From positions 198,836,001 through 198,900,000 of the forward strand of contig NC_086100.1 in NCBI RefSeq assembly GCF_963921235.1: 64,000 nt of DNA. The letters run 5' to 3'. The position numbers and the translations under genes are program-made. The notes under the pieces are model-generated. The model was not told where the DNA came from and made no database searches. It was given only the letters and a program-made list of their open reading frames with translations. This DNA is from Mobula hypostoma. Lineage: Eukaryota. Shown here in pieces: positions 25,377-38,289 of this stretch (positions within the stretch are counted from its first letter, which is position 1; each line of letters begins with the position of its first letter).

Positions 25377-26571
25377 CAGGGGGTCCCCAACCTTTTTTGC
25401 GCTGCGGACCGGTTTAATAGTGACAATGTTCTTGCGGACTGGCTGATCCCGGGGGGGGGGGGGGGTAGGGTTGCCAACGGACAAGAGTAGCAGGCAAAAA
25501 AAAGTTGTGCTTACCCCGAGAAAGACTACAATGACCATGAAGTCTTGCGCGGGCACCAGTGCGCATGCGTGTACCTGCTGATAGTATTCTCTGCAGATCT
25601 TTTTTGGCGATTCTGTTCGCGGGGGTGGGGCAGGTGTTAATCACGACCGGAATATTGGTAATAAAGGGCTAATATACTCAATTTCGTTTCTAAAAGGGTT
25701 TATCTAACGAATTTAATATTAAACACGCAGCGCATATTTTCCTCGCATGAATATAGTGATAAGTCAATCATCAGGGGAGGACAGGGGAGCTTGAAGTAAG
25801 TGTTGAAAGAACTTCCAGTAGAAGTGGTAGAGGCAGGTTCGATATTACTTAAAGAAAAATTGGATAGGTATATGGACAGGAAAGGAATGGGGGGTTATGG
25901 GCTGAGCGCAGGTCGGTGGGACTAGGTGAGACTAGCTTTCGGCATGGACTAGAAGGGCCGAGATTGCCTATTCCCGTGCTGTAATTGTTATATGGTTATA
26001 TAAGTCACTTATCAGTCAATAGCATCATAACATTTTAAGTAATGTTTGGATATTAAACACATATTTTCTCCGTATGAACATATAAAATCATTGCAACACA
26101 CCAATATCACTGAATCAGTGGGAGCCCTGGGCTTGTTTTCCTGCAACAAGACGGTCCTATCGAGGGGTGATGGGAGACAGCGATACTCGAAGGGGGTTCC
26201 TTATGTCCAGTCTATTCCCCAATTTAGTTTTCGTCGCATTCATCACAGAGATATGTTGGAAATGGAAGCAACGTTTTCAGTGCTTTCGTAGCTATCTCAG
26301 GATATTTAGCCTTGACCTTGATCCAGAATGCCGGCAGAGATGTTATGTCAAACATACTTTTCAGCCCGCCGTCATTTGCAAGCTCGAGGAGTTGATCTCC
26401 TTCCCGCGCTGACATGGATGACGCGCGGGTAATGACCTTGTGTGCGTTCAAGCTCAACAGTGGGCGTGACAGGGGATGAGGAAAGGTGCAGCTGACTCAT
26501 ATCGCCAAATCATATCACTTCCTCACGGCCCGGTAGCAAATTCTCTGCGGCCCGGTTGTTGGGGACCGCTG
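25377..26571 (-). mobile_element. Non-autonomous hAT (Charlie-like) DNA transposon
   Basis: 8-bp TSD TTCTACAG at 25369-25376 and 26572-26579; TIRs CAGGGGGTCCCCAAC / GTTGGGGACCGCTG; dimerisation-domain remnant SLPAFWIKVKAKYPEIATKALKTLLPFPTYLC. Contains a CR1 3' end at about 25810-26000. Confidence 0.92.
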
Positions 26572-28539
26572 TTCTACAGGAAGGGTTGGCGAATTGTCTC
26601 AACACCATGAGGGCATGACTAAATGTGGTGGGGGGAGAGTGTAACACGCTGTAAGGTTTCACTGCTAAAGCTAATGTAATGGCTTCTATGTAATGTTTCA
26701 CTGCTAATGTAGCAGCAATGTTTGGGTTATGACGAGAGATAACGGGGCTTTGGCGTGTGGGTCTATCCAATGGGAGAAATATGGTTCTTTCTTGTGAGTC
26801 TGGAAGAGAGATTTTCGCGGTCTTTCGTCGGGGAGTGATGGAGAGAGAGGACGCGAATGGAGAGAGTCGGAAGACCCCCGGACGGAGTGGACTGAGGGGC
26901 GAGGGTCCGAGGGCCGGTGACGCTCGGAGGTCGACGGGAACAAATCAACGGACAGAGAGCTCGAACGATGCGCAATAGACTTCTTCCTTAAAATGGGCCC
27001 TTTTGCTTTTTATTTTCTTTACTAACTCTCTATCCAGATTAATATTTATAAAGTTCAGTCACTTAATCGCATATCGTGTACTGTTCGATATTTTGCGGTG
27101 CGGATTTGTAACCGGGCAACACATCACGCAGCATCCACACGAACGAGATTTCTCAGTCTGGCGGGGCCAGAAGTTGTTTTCCCCGAGACGAACACGTGCT
27201 GACCGAGCCTGAGGGTTACAATAATTTGTGGGAACAGTTCAGTGATGGGGCAATTGAAACTGAGTTAAGATATCCCCTGTGGTTCAAGAGCCTGATGCTT
27301 GAGGGGTATAACTGAACCTGGTCGTGAGTCCTGAGGCTCCTGCACCTTCTTCCTGATGGCAGTAAGTGGGAAGAGAGCATGGCCTGGCTGGTGGAGGGCC
27401 ATGATGATAGATGCTGCTTTCCTGTGACCGCCATCCGTGGAGATGCGCTCAATGATGGGGAGGGCTTTACCCCGAAGGACTTTTTCTAGGATTTTCCGCC
27501 CAAGGACATTGGTGTTTCTACGCCAGGCCGTGATACAATGAGTCAATATACTCCCAGTTATAGAGGTTTGTCAAAGCTTTGGATGTCATGCTGAATCTTC
27601 ACAAACTCGCAAGGAAGTAGAGGCGCTGCCGTGCTCTCTTCGTAATGTACTTACCTACCGGCTCCTTGACAGGTTCTCTGAAATGATAACAGCGAGGAAT
27701 TTAAAGTTGCTGACCCTCTCCACCTCTGATCCCCCGATGAGGACTGGCTCATGGACTTCTTGGTTTTCTCCTCCTGAAGTCAACAATCAGCTCCTTGGTC
27801 TTGCTGACACTGAGTGAAAGGTTCTTGTTGTGGCGCCACTCGGCCAGATTTTTAATTCTCCTTCCTGTACGCTGACCAAATTTGAGTAGACAACAGATGC
27901 AGTTCAAAGTGCTTTACAATGTGATCATCAGAATCAGAATCAGGCTTAGTATCACCCACATATGTCTCGGAATTTGTTGTTTTGCGGCAGCAGTGCAATA
28001 CAACACATAATAAAATCTGTAACTTATAATCAGCATATGTAAAAATAAAATCAGGAGTGCAAAAAAAGGAAAAAGTGAAAATAAGAAAGTAAAAGACGAA
28101 ATTATGTTAGCTAATAAGCTGCATTCACAAGAAAACATAACCTGAATTTGCATTAAACGCAGAATTTCGAGGTACACATTTGTCCGCATTGACGTGATCG
28201 GGACAGGGGAGAGGTGGAGGGAGGTGGTGGGTGCGGGGGGGGGGGTGAGTGGAAGACGGCTGGGAGGCTGCTGAGGAGCCCATCAGGGAAGCGGAGGCTG
28301 TGCTGAGTGCTGACTCTGCCGTTTCCTTGTGCCGCACTCCGAGAGGAGCAGACTGCAGGCGGGCAGGAGCTGTGAAACACAAACTATCCGCGCTGCCGGC
28401 GTCGGTGCTGCAGAGCCCCGTCCGGCTCCCGGACCAGGATCCTCTCGTTAACCAGGGACAGCGTGTTAGAGCCCCGAGTTATCTATCCCCACCCCATCAC
28501 CAGCAACCCCTCCGCCACTTGTGGTCAGCGTTTCTCCAT

Positions 28540-28915
28540 CCCTCCTGCCCTCTCCTGCCTGGTCTCCCTTTGCTTTTCATTCACAACCCCAGTTGCCCAC
28601 TCCTTCCCCACACCCTCCTGCAGCCCCTCCCTCCCTCCCTCTCCCTTCACTCACACTCTCTCCCGCCCCCTGCCCCTCTCCCTTCCGTCCCTCACCGCTC
28701 TCTTCCCTCCATCCCCTCCCCTTCTCCCTCACCGCTCTCTTCCCTCCATATCCTCCCCTTCTCCTTCCCCCTCCCCTCCCTCCATATCTTCCCCTTCTCC
28801 TTCCCCCTCCCCCTCCCCTCACTCCATCCTCTCCCCTCCCTCCATCCCCTCCCCTTCTCCCTCCCCCTCCCCTCCCCTCCCTCCATCCCTTTCCTCCCCC
28901 CCCCCCCCGCCTTCC
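28540..28915. repeat. Polypyrimidine low-complexity tract
   Basis: C/T-rich with repeated ccctccatcccctcccct. Confidence 0.85.
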
Positions 28916-29004
28916 ACACACCCTCTGCAGCGAGATTTGTGGTTCAGTGAACCTTCGCCAGTACCCCGTCCCCATCTCCCCGTCCCCCGCTGTCGGGCTT
29001 TCCA

Positions 29005-29650
29005 AAGTTGAAAATTCGAAGTATAAATATGTCACCATATACAGTACTGGATTCATTTTTTGCGGGCATACTCAATAAATCCAATAACCATTATAGAATC
29101 AATGAAAGATCTTATCAACAGGACGGACGACCAGTGCCCAAAATAGAATAAATTTTGCAAACACAAAAGAGAAAATAATAATAATAATAAATAAGCAATA
29201 AATATTGAGAACATCGGATGAAGATTCCTTGAAAGTGAGTGCATGGGTTTTGGGAGCAGATCAGTGATGGAATGAGTGAAGTTATCCCCTTTTATTCAAG
29301 AGCCTGTTGGTTGAGGGGTAAAAACTGTTCCTGAAGCTGGTGGTGTGGGTCCTGAGGCTCCTGTACCTGCGGCAGTGAGAAGGGAGCATGGCCTGGGTGG
29401 TGGTGATAGGGGTCCCTGCTGATGGAGGCTGTTTTCCTGTGTCGATGTGCTCAATGGTGGGGAGGGCTTTACCCGGGATTAACTCGGCCGTATCCACTAC
29501 TTTTTGTAGGATTTTCTGTTCAACGGCACTGGTGTTTCTATACCAGGCTGTGATGCAACCAGTCAGTATACTCTCTTCTGTAGACTTGTGTCAAAGTTTG
29601 GGGTGTCATGCCGAATCTCGGTAAAGTCCGAAGGGAGCAGAGGCGCTGTC
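29005..29650 (-). mobile_element. Rex1/Babar-like LINE 3' fragment
   Basis: GKALPTIEHI...RYRSLRTHTTSFRNSFYPST.RLLN on the - strand. Confidence 0.75.
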
Positions 29651-29929
29651 AAGCTTTCTTTCGTTAGAGCCCGTAGGTAAGCGCAATTCCGAATTCCCTC
29701 TCACCCCTGTAGAGCTCTGCATCCCCTCTCCCCCTCCCCACGCCACCCCCGTGGGCTCTCCATCGCTTCCTTCGAGGCCCCGGGACACCAGAATGTCACA
29801 GCAGCAGAGCGGGGTGAGATGGGGGAGGGGAAGGAGGAGCGTGGGATCGCATCGCTCGCCCAATGTCAAAGGGACACCGGTATCCGCAGCCATGCGCTTT
29901 CTCGCACCCGCAGCGCACATCGGGAATGC

Positions 29930-30760
29930 CTCTCTCACACACACTCAAACACACACACACATTCTCCCCCTCTCTCACACAGACACACACTCAAACACCC
30001 ACACACACACACACACACATTCTCCCTCTCTCACACATAGACACACACTCAAACACCCACACACACATATTCTCCCTCTCTCTCACACACACAAAACACA
30101 CCCACACATTCTCCCTCTCTCACACATAGACACACACTCAAACACCCACACACACATATTCTCCCTCTCTCACACACACAAAACACACCCACACATTCTC
30201 CCTCTCTCAAACATAGACACACACTCAAACACCCACACACACATATTCTCCCTCTCTGTCACACACACAAAACACACCCACACATTCTCCCTCTCTCAAA
30301 CATAGACACACACTCAAACACCCACACACACATATTCTCCCTCTCTGTCACACACACAAAACACACCCACACATTCTCCCTCTCTCAAACATAGACACAC
30401 ACTCAAACACCCACACATAACCACACACATCTCTCTCACACACTCACTAACTCTCCCACACACACACATCTCTCAGATACACTCTATCTCTCTGACACAC
30501 ACACACTCGATCTCTCACACACACTCTGTCTCTCTCTCACACACACCCTATCGCTCTCTCTCACACACTCTATCTCTCTCACACACACACACATTCTCCC
30601 CTCTTTGTCTCACACACATACACAACCACACACATGCACACACACATTCTCCCCCTATCTCACACCCCCATACACACAAAACCACACAGACAGACATATT
30701 CTCTCTCACACACACAAGCGCACACACATACATACATTCATGCTGTCTCCCTCCCTCCCA
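29930..30760. repeat. Compound (CA)/(CT) microsatellite with higher-order units
   Basis: Repeated cacattctccctctctc...catagacacacactcaaacacccacac. Confidence 0.9.
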
Positions 30761-30779
30761 CCCACCATCGACACCCCTA

Positions 30780-33425
30780 ATATGGCAGGGGGATGGGAAC
30801 TGGTATGATAGAGCTGAGGATGAACCAGCAGGTTTACAAGTAGATGACGGGTGTAACATGAATGTGAGGAAGGACAAGCCAATGATTGGGTACAAGTGCA
30901 GGCAGAGCAAAAAGTTAGATTGTACCACAGAGGCTGAATTCAAAAGGGTGAAGAATGCAGGACTAAAGGTGATATATTTAAACGTGTGTAGCATCCGGAA
31001 TAAGGTGGACTAGCTCATGGTGCAATTAGAGATTGGCGGTATGACATTTTGGGCATCACTGAGTCATGGCTGAAAGAAGGCCGTAGTTGAGAGCTTAACG
31101 TCCACAGATATACTTCGTATCAAAAGGACAGGCTGGAAGGCATAAGTGGTGGTGTGGCTCTGTTGGTCAGAGATGGAATTACATCTTTAGAAAGAGGTGC
31201 ATGGAGTTAAGAAACTGCAAGGGTAAAAAAAAAATTATGGGAATCATATATAGGCCTTCAAATAGTAGCCCAAGATGTGGGATTGAGATTGCAAAGGGAT
31301 ATGGAAAGGGCATGTAATAAGGGTAATGTCACAATTGTAATGGGAGACTTCAATATGCAAGGGGATTGGAAAAATCAGGTTGGTGTGGAGAGGGAATTTG
31401 TTGAATGCCTATGGGCTAGCTTTTCAGAGCAGCTTGTGGTTAAGTCTGTTGGGGAAAGGCCATCTTAGATTGGGTGTTGTGTAATAACCTAGATCTTATT
31501 AGGAAGCTTAATGTAAAGGGACCCTAAGGAGGCAGTGATCATAATATTATTGAATTCATACTGCAATTTGAGAGGGAGAAGCATAACTCACATGTATCAG
31601 TATCACAATGGAATAAAGGGAATTACAGAGGCATGAAAGGGGAGCTTGTCCATGTGGATCAGAGGGGGATACCGGCGGGGATGACAGCAGAGCAGAGATG
31701 GCTGAAGTTTCTGGGAATAGTTCACAAGGCACAGGATAGATATGTTCCACAGAGGAAGAAGTTCTCAAATGGCAGGGGAAGGCAACTGTGGCTGACAAAG
31801 GAAGTTAAGGGCTGTATAAAAGCCAAGGAAGGGGCATATAGCGTAGCAAAAGGGAGTGGGAAGTTGGATGATTGGGAAGCTTTTAAAATCCAACAAAAGG
31901 CAACTGAAAAGCTATAAGATGGAAAAAGATGAAATATGAAAGCAGACTAGACAATAATATAAAGCAGGGTACCTAAAGTTCCTTCAGTTACGTAAAGAGT
32001 AAAAGGGAGGTAAGAGTTGATAGTGGACCAGTGGAAAATGACACTGGTGAGGTAGTAATGGGGGACAAAGAAATGGCAGATGAACAATGGGTACCTTGCA
32101 TCTGTCCTCACTGTGGAAGACACTAGCAGAGCGCCAGAAGTCCACGAGTGTCAGGGAGCAGGAGTGAGTGCCATTGCTATTACAAAGGAAAAATTGCTAG
32201 GTAAACCGAAAGGTCTTGAGGTGGATAAGTCACCTGGGCCAGACTACATCCCACAGCCCTGAGAGAGGTTGTTGAAGTGATGACAGATGCATTGCTCATG
32301 ATTTTTCAAGAATCACTTGATTCTGGCATGGTTCCAGAGCATACAAATGTCACTCCACTCTCTACGAAGGGAGGAAAGTAAAAGAATGCAAATTATAGGC
32401 AAGTTAGCCCGACCTCATGGTGTTACAGGAAAGATACTGGCATGGATAGAGGAATGGCTGACAGGCAGGAGGCAGTGAGTGGGAATAAAGGGACTTTTCT
32501 GGTTAGCTGCCAGTGACTAGTGGTGTTCCTCAGGGGTCAGTATTGGGACAACTACTTTTCACATTGTTTATCACTGATTTAGATAATGGAATTGATGGCC
32601 TTGTGGCAAAGTTTGCAGATAATACGAAGATAGGCAGAGGGGTAGGTAGTGCTGAGGAAGCAATGCAATTGCAGCAGGACTTAGACAAATTGGAAGAAAG
32701 GGCAAAAGGTGTCAGATGGAATATAGTGTAGCGAAATGTATGATAATGCATTTTGGTAAAGGAACAATCGTGTGTACTGTTATCCAAATAGGGAGAAAAT
32801 TCACACATCAGAAGTGCAGGGGGACTTAGGAGGCCTTGTGCAAGACTCCCAGAAGGTTAATTCACAGGTTGCATCTGTGGTAAAGAAGCAAATGCAATGT
32901 TGGCATTTATTTCAAGGGGAATAGAATATAAAAGCAAAGAGAGAGTCCAGAGGGGGTTCACGAGGATGATTCCAGGAATGAAGGAGTTAACATATAGGAA
33001 TGTTTGACAGCTTTGAGGTTGTTTGGGGAACACGGGCGAGGGGGGGGGGATCTCATTGAAACCCACCAAATTTTGACAGGACTAGATAGGGTGGATGTGG
33101 AGAGGATGCTTCCTGTGATGGGGGTATCCAGAACAAGAGAGCACAGCCTCAGAATTGAGGGGGTGACCCTTTAGAACAGAGGTAAGGAGGAATTATTTTA
33201 GCTAAAGAGTAGTAACTCTGTGGAATGCTCTGCCACAGACTGCAGTGGAGGCCAAGTCCATAGGTATATTTAAGGCGGAAGTTGATCATTTCATGATTGA
33301 TCAGAGCATCAAAGGATGTGGTGAGAATGACGTTGAGTGGGATCTGGATCAGCCACGATGGAATGGTGGAGCAGACTCGATGGGCTGAATGGCTTCATTC
33401 TGCTCCTATGTTTTATGGTCTTGTA
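30780..33425 (+). mobile_element. Old CR1-clade LINE (APE endonuclease plus RT remnants, internal deletion)
   Basis: YLNxxSIRNKVD, IVMGDFN, DKSPGPD, GVPQGSVLG, FADNTK fragments with many stops and frameshifts; CR1 3' UTR. Confidence 0.9.
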
Positions 33426-33512
33426 GACTCTCTCTCTTGCACACACACACACACACACACAACATTCTTTCTCTCTATTGCGCACGCACCACACACACAC
33501 TGAGAAATTCTC

Positions 33513-34261
33513 AAACAACAGGAATTCTGCAGATGCTGGAAATTCAAGCAACACACATCAAAGTTGCCGGTAAACGCAACTTTCTGCGTCAGGTGCTCCC
33601 GATGTGGCCTTTTATATATTGGCGAGACCCGACGCAGACTAGGAGACCGCTTTGCTGAACACCTACTCTCTGTCTGTCAGAGAAAGCAAGATCTCCCATT
33701 GGCCACACATTTTAATTCCACATCCCATTCCCATTCTGACATGTCTATCCACGGCCTCCTCTACTGTAAAGATGAAGCCACACTCAGGTTGGAGGAACAA
33801 CACCTTATATTCCGTCTGGGTAGCCTCCAACCTGATGGCATGAACATCGAGTTCTCTAACTTCCGCTAATGTCCCACCTCCCCCTCGTACCCCATCTGTT
33901 ACTCATTTTTATACACACATTCTTTCTCTCACTCTCCTTTTTCTCCCTCTGAATATACCCCTTGCCCATCCTCTGGGTCCCCCCCCCACACTCCTTGTCT
34001 TTCTTCCCGGACCTCCTGTCCCATGATCCTCTTGTATCCCTTTTGCCTATCACCTGTCCAGCTCTTGGCTCCATCCCTCCCCCTCCTGTCTTCCCCTATC
34101 ATTTTGGATCTCCCCCTCCCCTTCCAACTTTCAAATCCCTTACTCACTCTTCCTTCAGTTAGTCCTGACGAAGGGTCTCGGCCTGAAACGTCGACTGCAC
34201 CTCTTCCTAGAGATGCTGCCTGGCCTGCTGCGTTCACCAGCAACTTTGATGTGTGTTGCTC
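33513..34261 (+). mobile_element. 5'-truncated Penelope-like element (GIY-YIG C-terminus plus pseudo-LTR) with a short inverted segment at its 5' end
   Basis: [24 protein letters not shown]...ATHFN...EQHLIFRLGSLQPDGMN. The segment at about 33545-33579 is the inverse of the 3' end. TSD AGAAATTCTC at 33503-33512 and 34262-34271. Confidence 0.9.
34161..34196 (+). ncRNA. Minimal type I hammerhead ribozyme motif in the Penelope pseudo-LTR
   Basis: AGTC-CTGACGA-AGG(gtctcgg)CCT-GAA-ACGT-C-GACT: helix I AGTC/GACT, conserved core, helix II, palindromic helix III. Predicted cleavage after GUC (34192). Confidence 0.75.
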
Positions 34262-34965
34262 AGAAATTCTCTCTCTCTATCTCATACACACACACAGCCC
34301 CGGTGTGGCTGTGAACATGACACATGGTGCAATGGGTGACAGTGTAGGTAAACCTGCCCCAGACACAGCTGACAAGGACTACTGCATCCATCCACTCCGA
34401 CAACCCCAGCTGAGCCACACCTCTCCCTCTCCTTCAGCAGCCCTCAACCTCTTAACAATCAGACCGAGTACATCCCCTCTCCTCCCCCTCACCATCCACC
34501 CACCAGGGCAGTGATAACAGTGCTGTGTCAAACTAAGATAACTAGTAATTACAAACCAGAGAAACCCTGCGGATGCTGGAAATCTGAGCAACACACCCAA
34601 AATGCCGGAGGAACTCAGCAGGGCAGGCAGCATCTGTGGGAAAACATTCAGTCGGCGTTTTGGGCCAAGACCGTTTGACATAACTAGAAGTGAAATGCCT
34701 AACTAAACCAAACCTTTCTTCCTACACCTCGGTCATCTACACTTCCAAGTACCTATCTAAGAGACTCCTCCACCACCCTGGTAGCACGTTTCCGAGACTC
34801 ACCACTTTGTAAAAAAAACACTTGTCCCATACATCTGCTTTGAATTTGCCTCCTCTTACCAATGTATGTCATCTGCCGGTAGACATTTCAGCCCTAGGGT
34901 AAAGATACTGGCCAACCATCTAATTTGTCTACCACTCTCAGGATTTTATAAACCTCTATCAGATC

Positions 34966-37810
34966 TTAAGACCATAAGACCATAAGACAAAGGAGCAGAA
35001 GTCGGCCATTCGGCCCATCGAGTCTGCTCCGCCATTTTATCATGAGCTGATCCATTCTCCCATTTAGTCCCACCTCCCCCCGCCCCGCCTTCTCACCATA
35101 ACCTTTGATGCCCTGGCTACTCAGATACCTATCAATCTCTGCCTTAAATACACCCAATGACTTGGCCTCCACTGCTGCCCTTGGCAACAAATTCCATAGA
35201 TTCACCACCCTCTGACTAAAAACATTTCTTCACTTTTCTGTTCCGAATGGGCGCCTTTCAATCCTTAAGTCTTGCCCTCTCGTACTAGACTCCCCCATCA
35301 TGCGCAACAACTTTGCCACATCCACTCTGTCCATGCCTTTCAACATTCAAAATGTTTCTATGAGGTCTCCCCTCATTCTTCTAAACTCCAAGGAATACAG
35401 TCCAAGAGCAGACAAACGTTCCTCATATGTTAACCCTCTCATTCCCGGAATCATTCTAGTGAATCTTCTCTGTACCCTCTCCAACGTCAGCACATCCTTT
35501 CTTAAATAAGGAGACCAAAACTGCCCACAGTACTCCAAGTGAGGTCTCACCAGCGCCTTATAGAGCCTCAACATCACATCCCTGCTCCTATACTCTATTC
35601 CTCTAGAAATGAATGCCAACATTGCATTCGCCTTCTTCACTACCGACTCAACCTGGAGGTTAACTTTAAGGGTATCTTGTACGAGGACTCCCAAGTCCCG
35701 TTGCATCTCAGAACTTTGAATTCTTTCCCTATTTAAATAATAGTCTGCCCGTTTATTTCTTCTGCCAAAGTGCATAACCACACACTTTCCAACATTGTAT
35801 TTCATTTGCCACTTCTTTGCCCATTTTTCCAATCTATCCAAGCCTCTCTGCAGACTCTCCATTTCCTCAGCACTATCGGCCCCTCCACCTATCTTCGTAT
35901 CGTCAGCAAACTTAGCCACAGAGCCATCTATTCCATAATCCAAATCGTTGATGTACAATGTAAAAAGAAGCGGCCCCAACACGGACCCCTGTGGAACACC
36001 ACTGGTAACTGGCAGCCAACCAGAATAACCAGCCAACCTTTATTCCCACTCTCTGTTTCCTGCCAATCAGCCAACGCTCTATCCACGTATGTAATTTTCC
36101 CGTAATTCCATGGGCTCTTATCTTGTTAAGTAGCCTCATGTGTGGCACCTTGTCAAAGGCCTTCTGAAAATCCAAATACACAACATCCACTACATCTCCC
36201 TTGTCTAGCCTACTGGTAATTTTCTCAAAAAATTGTAATAGGTTTGTCAGGCAGGATTTTCCTTTAAGGAATCCATGCTGAGTTCTGCATATCTTGTCAT
36301 ATGCCTCCAGGTACTCTGTAACCTCATCCTTGACAATCGACTCCAACAACTTCCCAACCACCGATGTCAAGCTAACAGGTCTATAATTTCCTTTTTGCTT
36401 CCTTGCCCCCTTCTTAAATAGCGAAGTGACATTTGCAATCTTCCAGTCCCGTGGAACCATGCCAGAATCTATCGACTTTTGAAAGATCATCGCTAATGCT
36501 TCCGCAATCTCCACAGCTACTTCCTTCAGAACACGAGGGTGCATTCCATCTGGTCCAGGAGATTTATCTACCTTTAGCTTATTCAGCTTCCTGAGTACTT
36601 TCTCTGTCGTAATTGTGACTGCGCACACTTCTCTTCCCTGCCACCCTTGAGTGTCCGGTATACTGCTGATGTCTTCCTCAGTGAAGACTGATGCAAAATA
36701 CTCATTCAGTTCCTCCACCATCTCCTTCTCTCCCATTACAATTTCTCCAGCATCATTTTCTATCGGTCCTATATCTACTCTCACCTGTCTTTTACTCTTT
36801 ATATACTTGAAAAAGCTTTTAGTATCCTCTTTGATATTATTTGCTAGCTTCCTTTCATAGTTAATTTTTTCCCTCTTAATGACCTTCTTAGTTTCCTTTT
36901 GTAAGGTTTTAAAAACTTCCCAATCCTCTGTCTTCTCACTAATTTTTGCTTCCTTGTATGCCCTCTCCTTTGCTTTAACTTTGGCTTTGACTTCTCTAGT
37001 CAACCACGGTTGCATCCTTTTTCCATTCGAAAATTTCTTCTTTTTTGGAATATACCTGTCTTGCACCTTCCTTACTTCTCGCATAAAGTCCAGCCACTGC
37101 TGCTCTGCCGTCTTTCCCGCCAGTGTCCCTTTCCAGCAACATACATCAAAGTTGCTGGTGAACGCAGCAGGCCAGGCAGCATCTATAGGAAGAGGCGCAG
37201 TCGACGTTTCAGGCCGAGACCCTTCGTCAGTCCTGACGAAGGGTCTCGGCCTGAAAGGTCGACTGCGCCTCTTCCTATAGATGCTGCCTGGCCTGCTGCG
37301 TTCACCAGCAACTTTGATGTATGTTGCTTGAATTTCCAGCATCTGCAGAATTCCTGTTGTTAGTGTCCCTTTCCAGTCAACTTTGGCCAGTTCGTCTCTC
37401 ATGCCACTGTAATTTCCTTTACTTCACTGAAATACCGACACATCAGATTTCGGCTTCTCTTTTTCAAATTTCACAATAAACTCAGTCATGTTATGATCAC
37501 TGTCTCCTAAGGGTTCCTTCACCTCAATCTCTCCAATCACCTCCGGTTCATTACACAATACCCAATCCAGTACAGCCGATCCCCTAGTGGGCTCAGCAAC
37601 AAGCTATTCTAAAAAGCCATCTCGCAGACATTCTACAAATTCTCTCTCTTGAGATCCAGTGCTGACCTGATTTTCCCACTCCACTCGCATGTTAAAATCC
37701 CCCACAATTATCATAACACTGCCCTTCTGACAAGCCTTTCCTATTTCCTGTTGTAATTTGTAGTCCGAATCCCTGCAGCTGTTTGGAGGCCTATAAATAA
37801 CTGCCATCAG
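34966..37810 (-). mobile_element. CR1-clade LINE, about 2.8 kb (APE C-terminal part plus RT), few lesions
   Basis: ORFs 37807-37604 (IYRPPN, VGDFN), 37402-35912 and 36036-35347 (GVPQGSVLGP, FADD); (cttatggt)n tail. Confidence 0.93.
37137..37361. mobile_element. Palindromic Penelope pseudo-LTR mini-insertion inside the CR1
   Basis: 15-bp TSD AGTGTCCCTTTCCAG at 37122-37136 and 37362-37376; 96-bp inverted arms at 37135-37230 and 37233-37328. Confidence 0.9.
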
Positions 37811-38289
37811 TCTCTGTCACTCTAGAAAATAAACCAAGTCTGTCCAACCTTTACTTACAGCACATCCTCTAAAGATTAACGTAACTTATTCACTTAAGAC
37901 CATCACCCACCCTGGACATTCTCTCTTCCCGCTGCCCCATCGGGCAGAAGATACAATAGCCTGAAAGAACGTCCCACCAGGCTCCAGGACAGCTATCCCA
38001 TTGGTACAGGACTATTGAACGGTTCTCCAGTACGATAAGATGGACTCTTGGCCTCACAGCCTACCTCATCCGCCTGCACTGCAATTTCTCTGTAACTGTA
38101 ACACTTTATCCATTATTTATCCTTTCCCTTGCACCAACCCAATGTACTGATAACTTGGTCCATATGGCCAGCTTGCAAAACAATTCTTTCACTGTATCCC
38201 GGTACGTGTGACAGTAATAAACCAATTTACCAGTTACATGGTGCAAGTCACCACATGGCATCTGCCCACACTGCCACCCCTGGCAGTAC

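Larger units (their letters stand above)
21929..27220 (+). mobile_element. Internally deleted Gypsy-type LTR retrotransposon (5' LTR 21929-22370, truncated; 3' LTR 26640-27220)
   Basis: Direct repeats begin TGTAACACGCTGTAAGG; the 3' LTR ends TTACA; a purine-rich tract (GGTGGGGGGAGAG) abuts the 3' LTR. Gag-like fragment at 24374-24634; integrase-tail-like WRSQRIRRPPDRL near 25240-25280. No clean TSD seen. Confidence 0.85.
21690..27880 (-). mobile_element. Rex1/Babar-like LINE 3' fragment, split by the LTR element (halves about 21690-21928 and 27221-27880)
   Basis: CITAW, KAASII..HQPGHALF, LLPSGRRxRSLRTH motifs. The two halves join into a sequence like the uninterrupted copy at 29005-29650. 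Confidence 0.75.
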
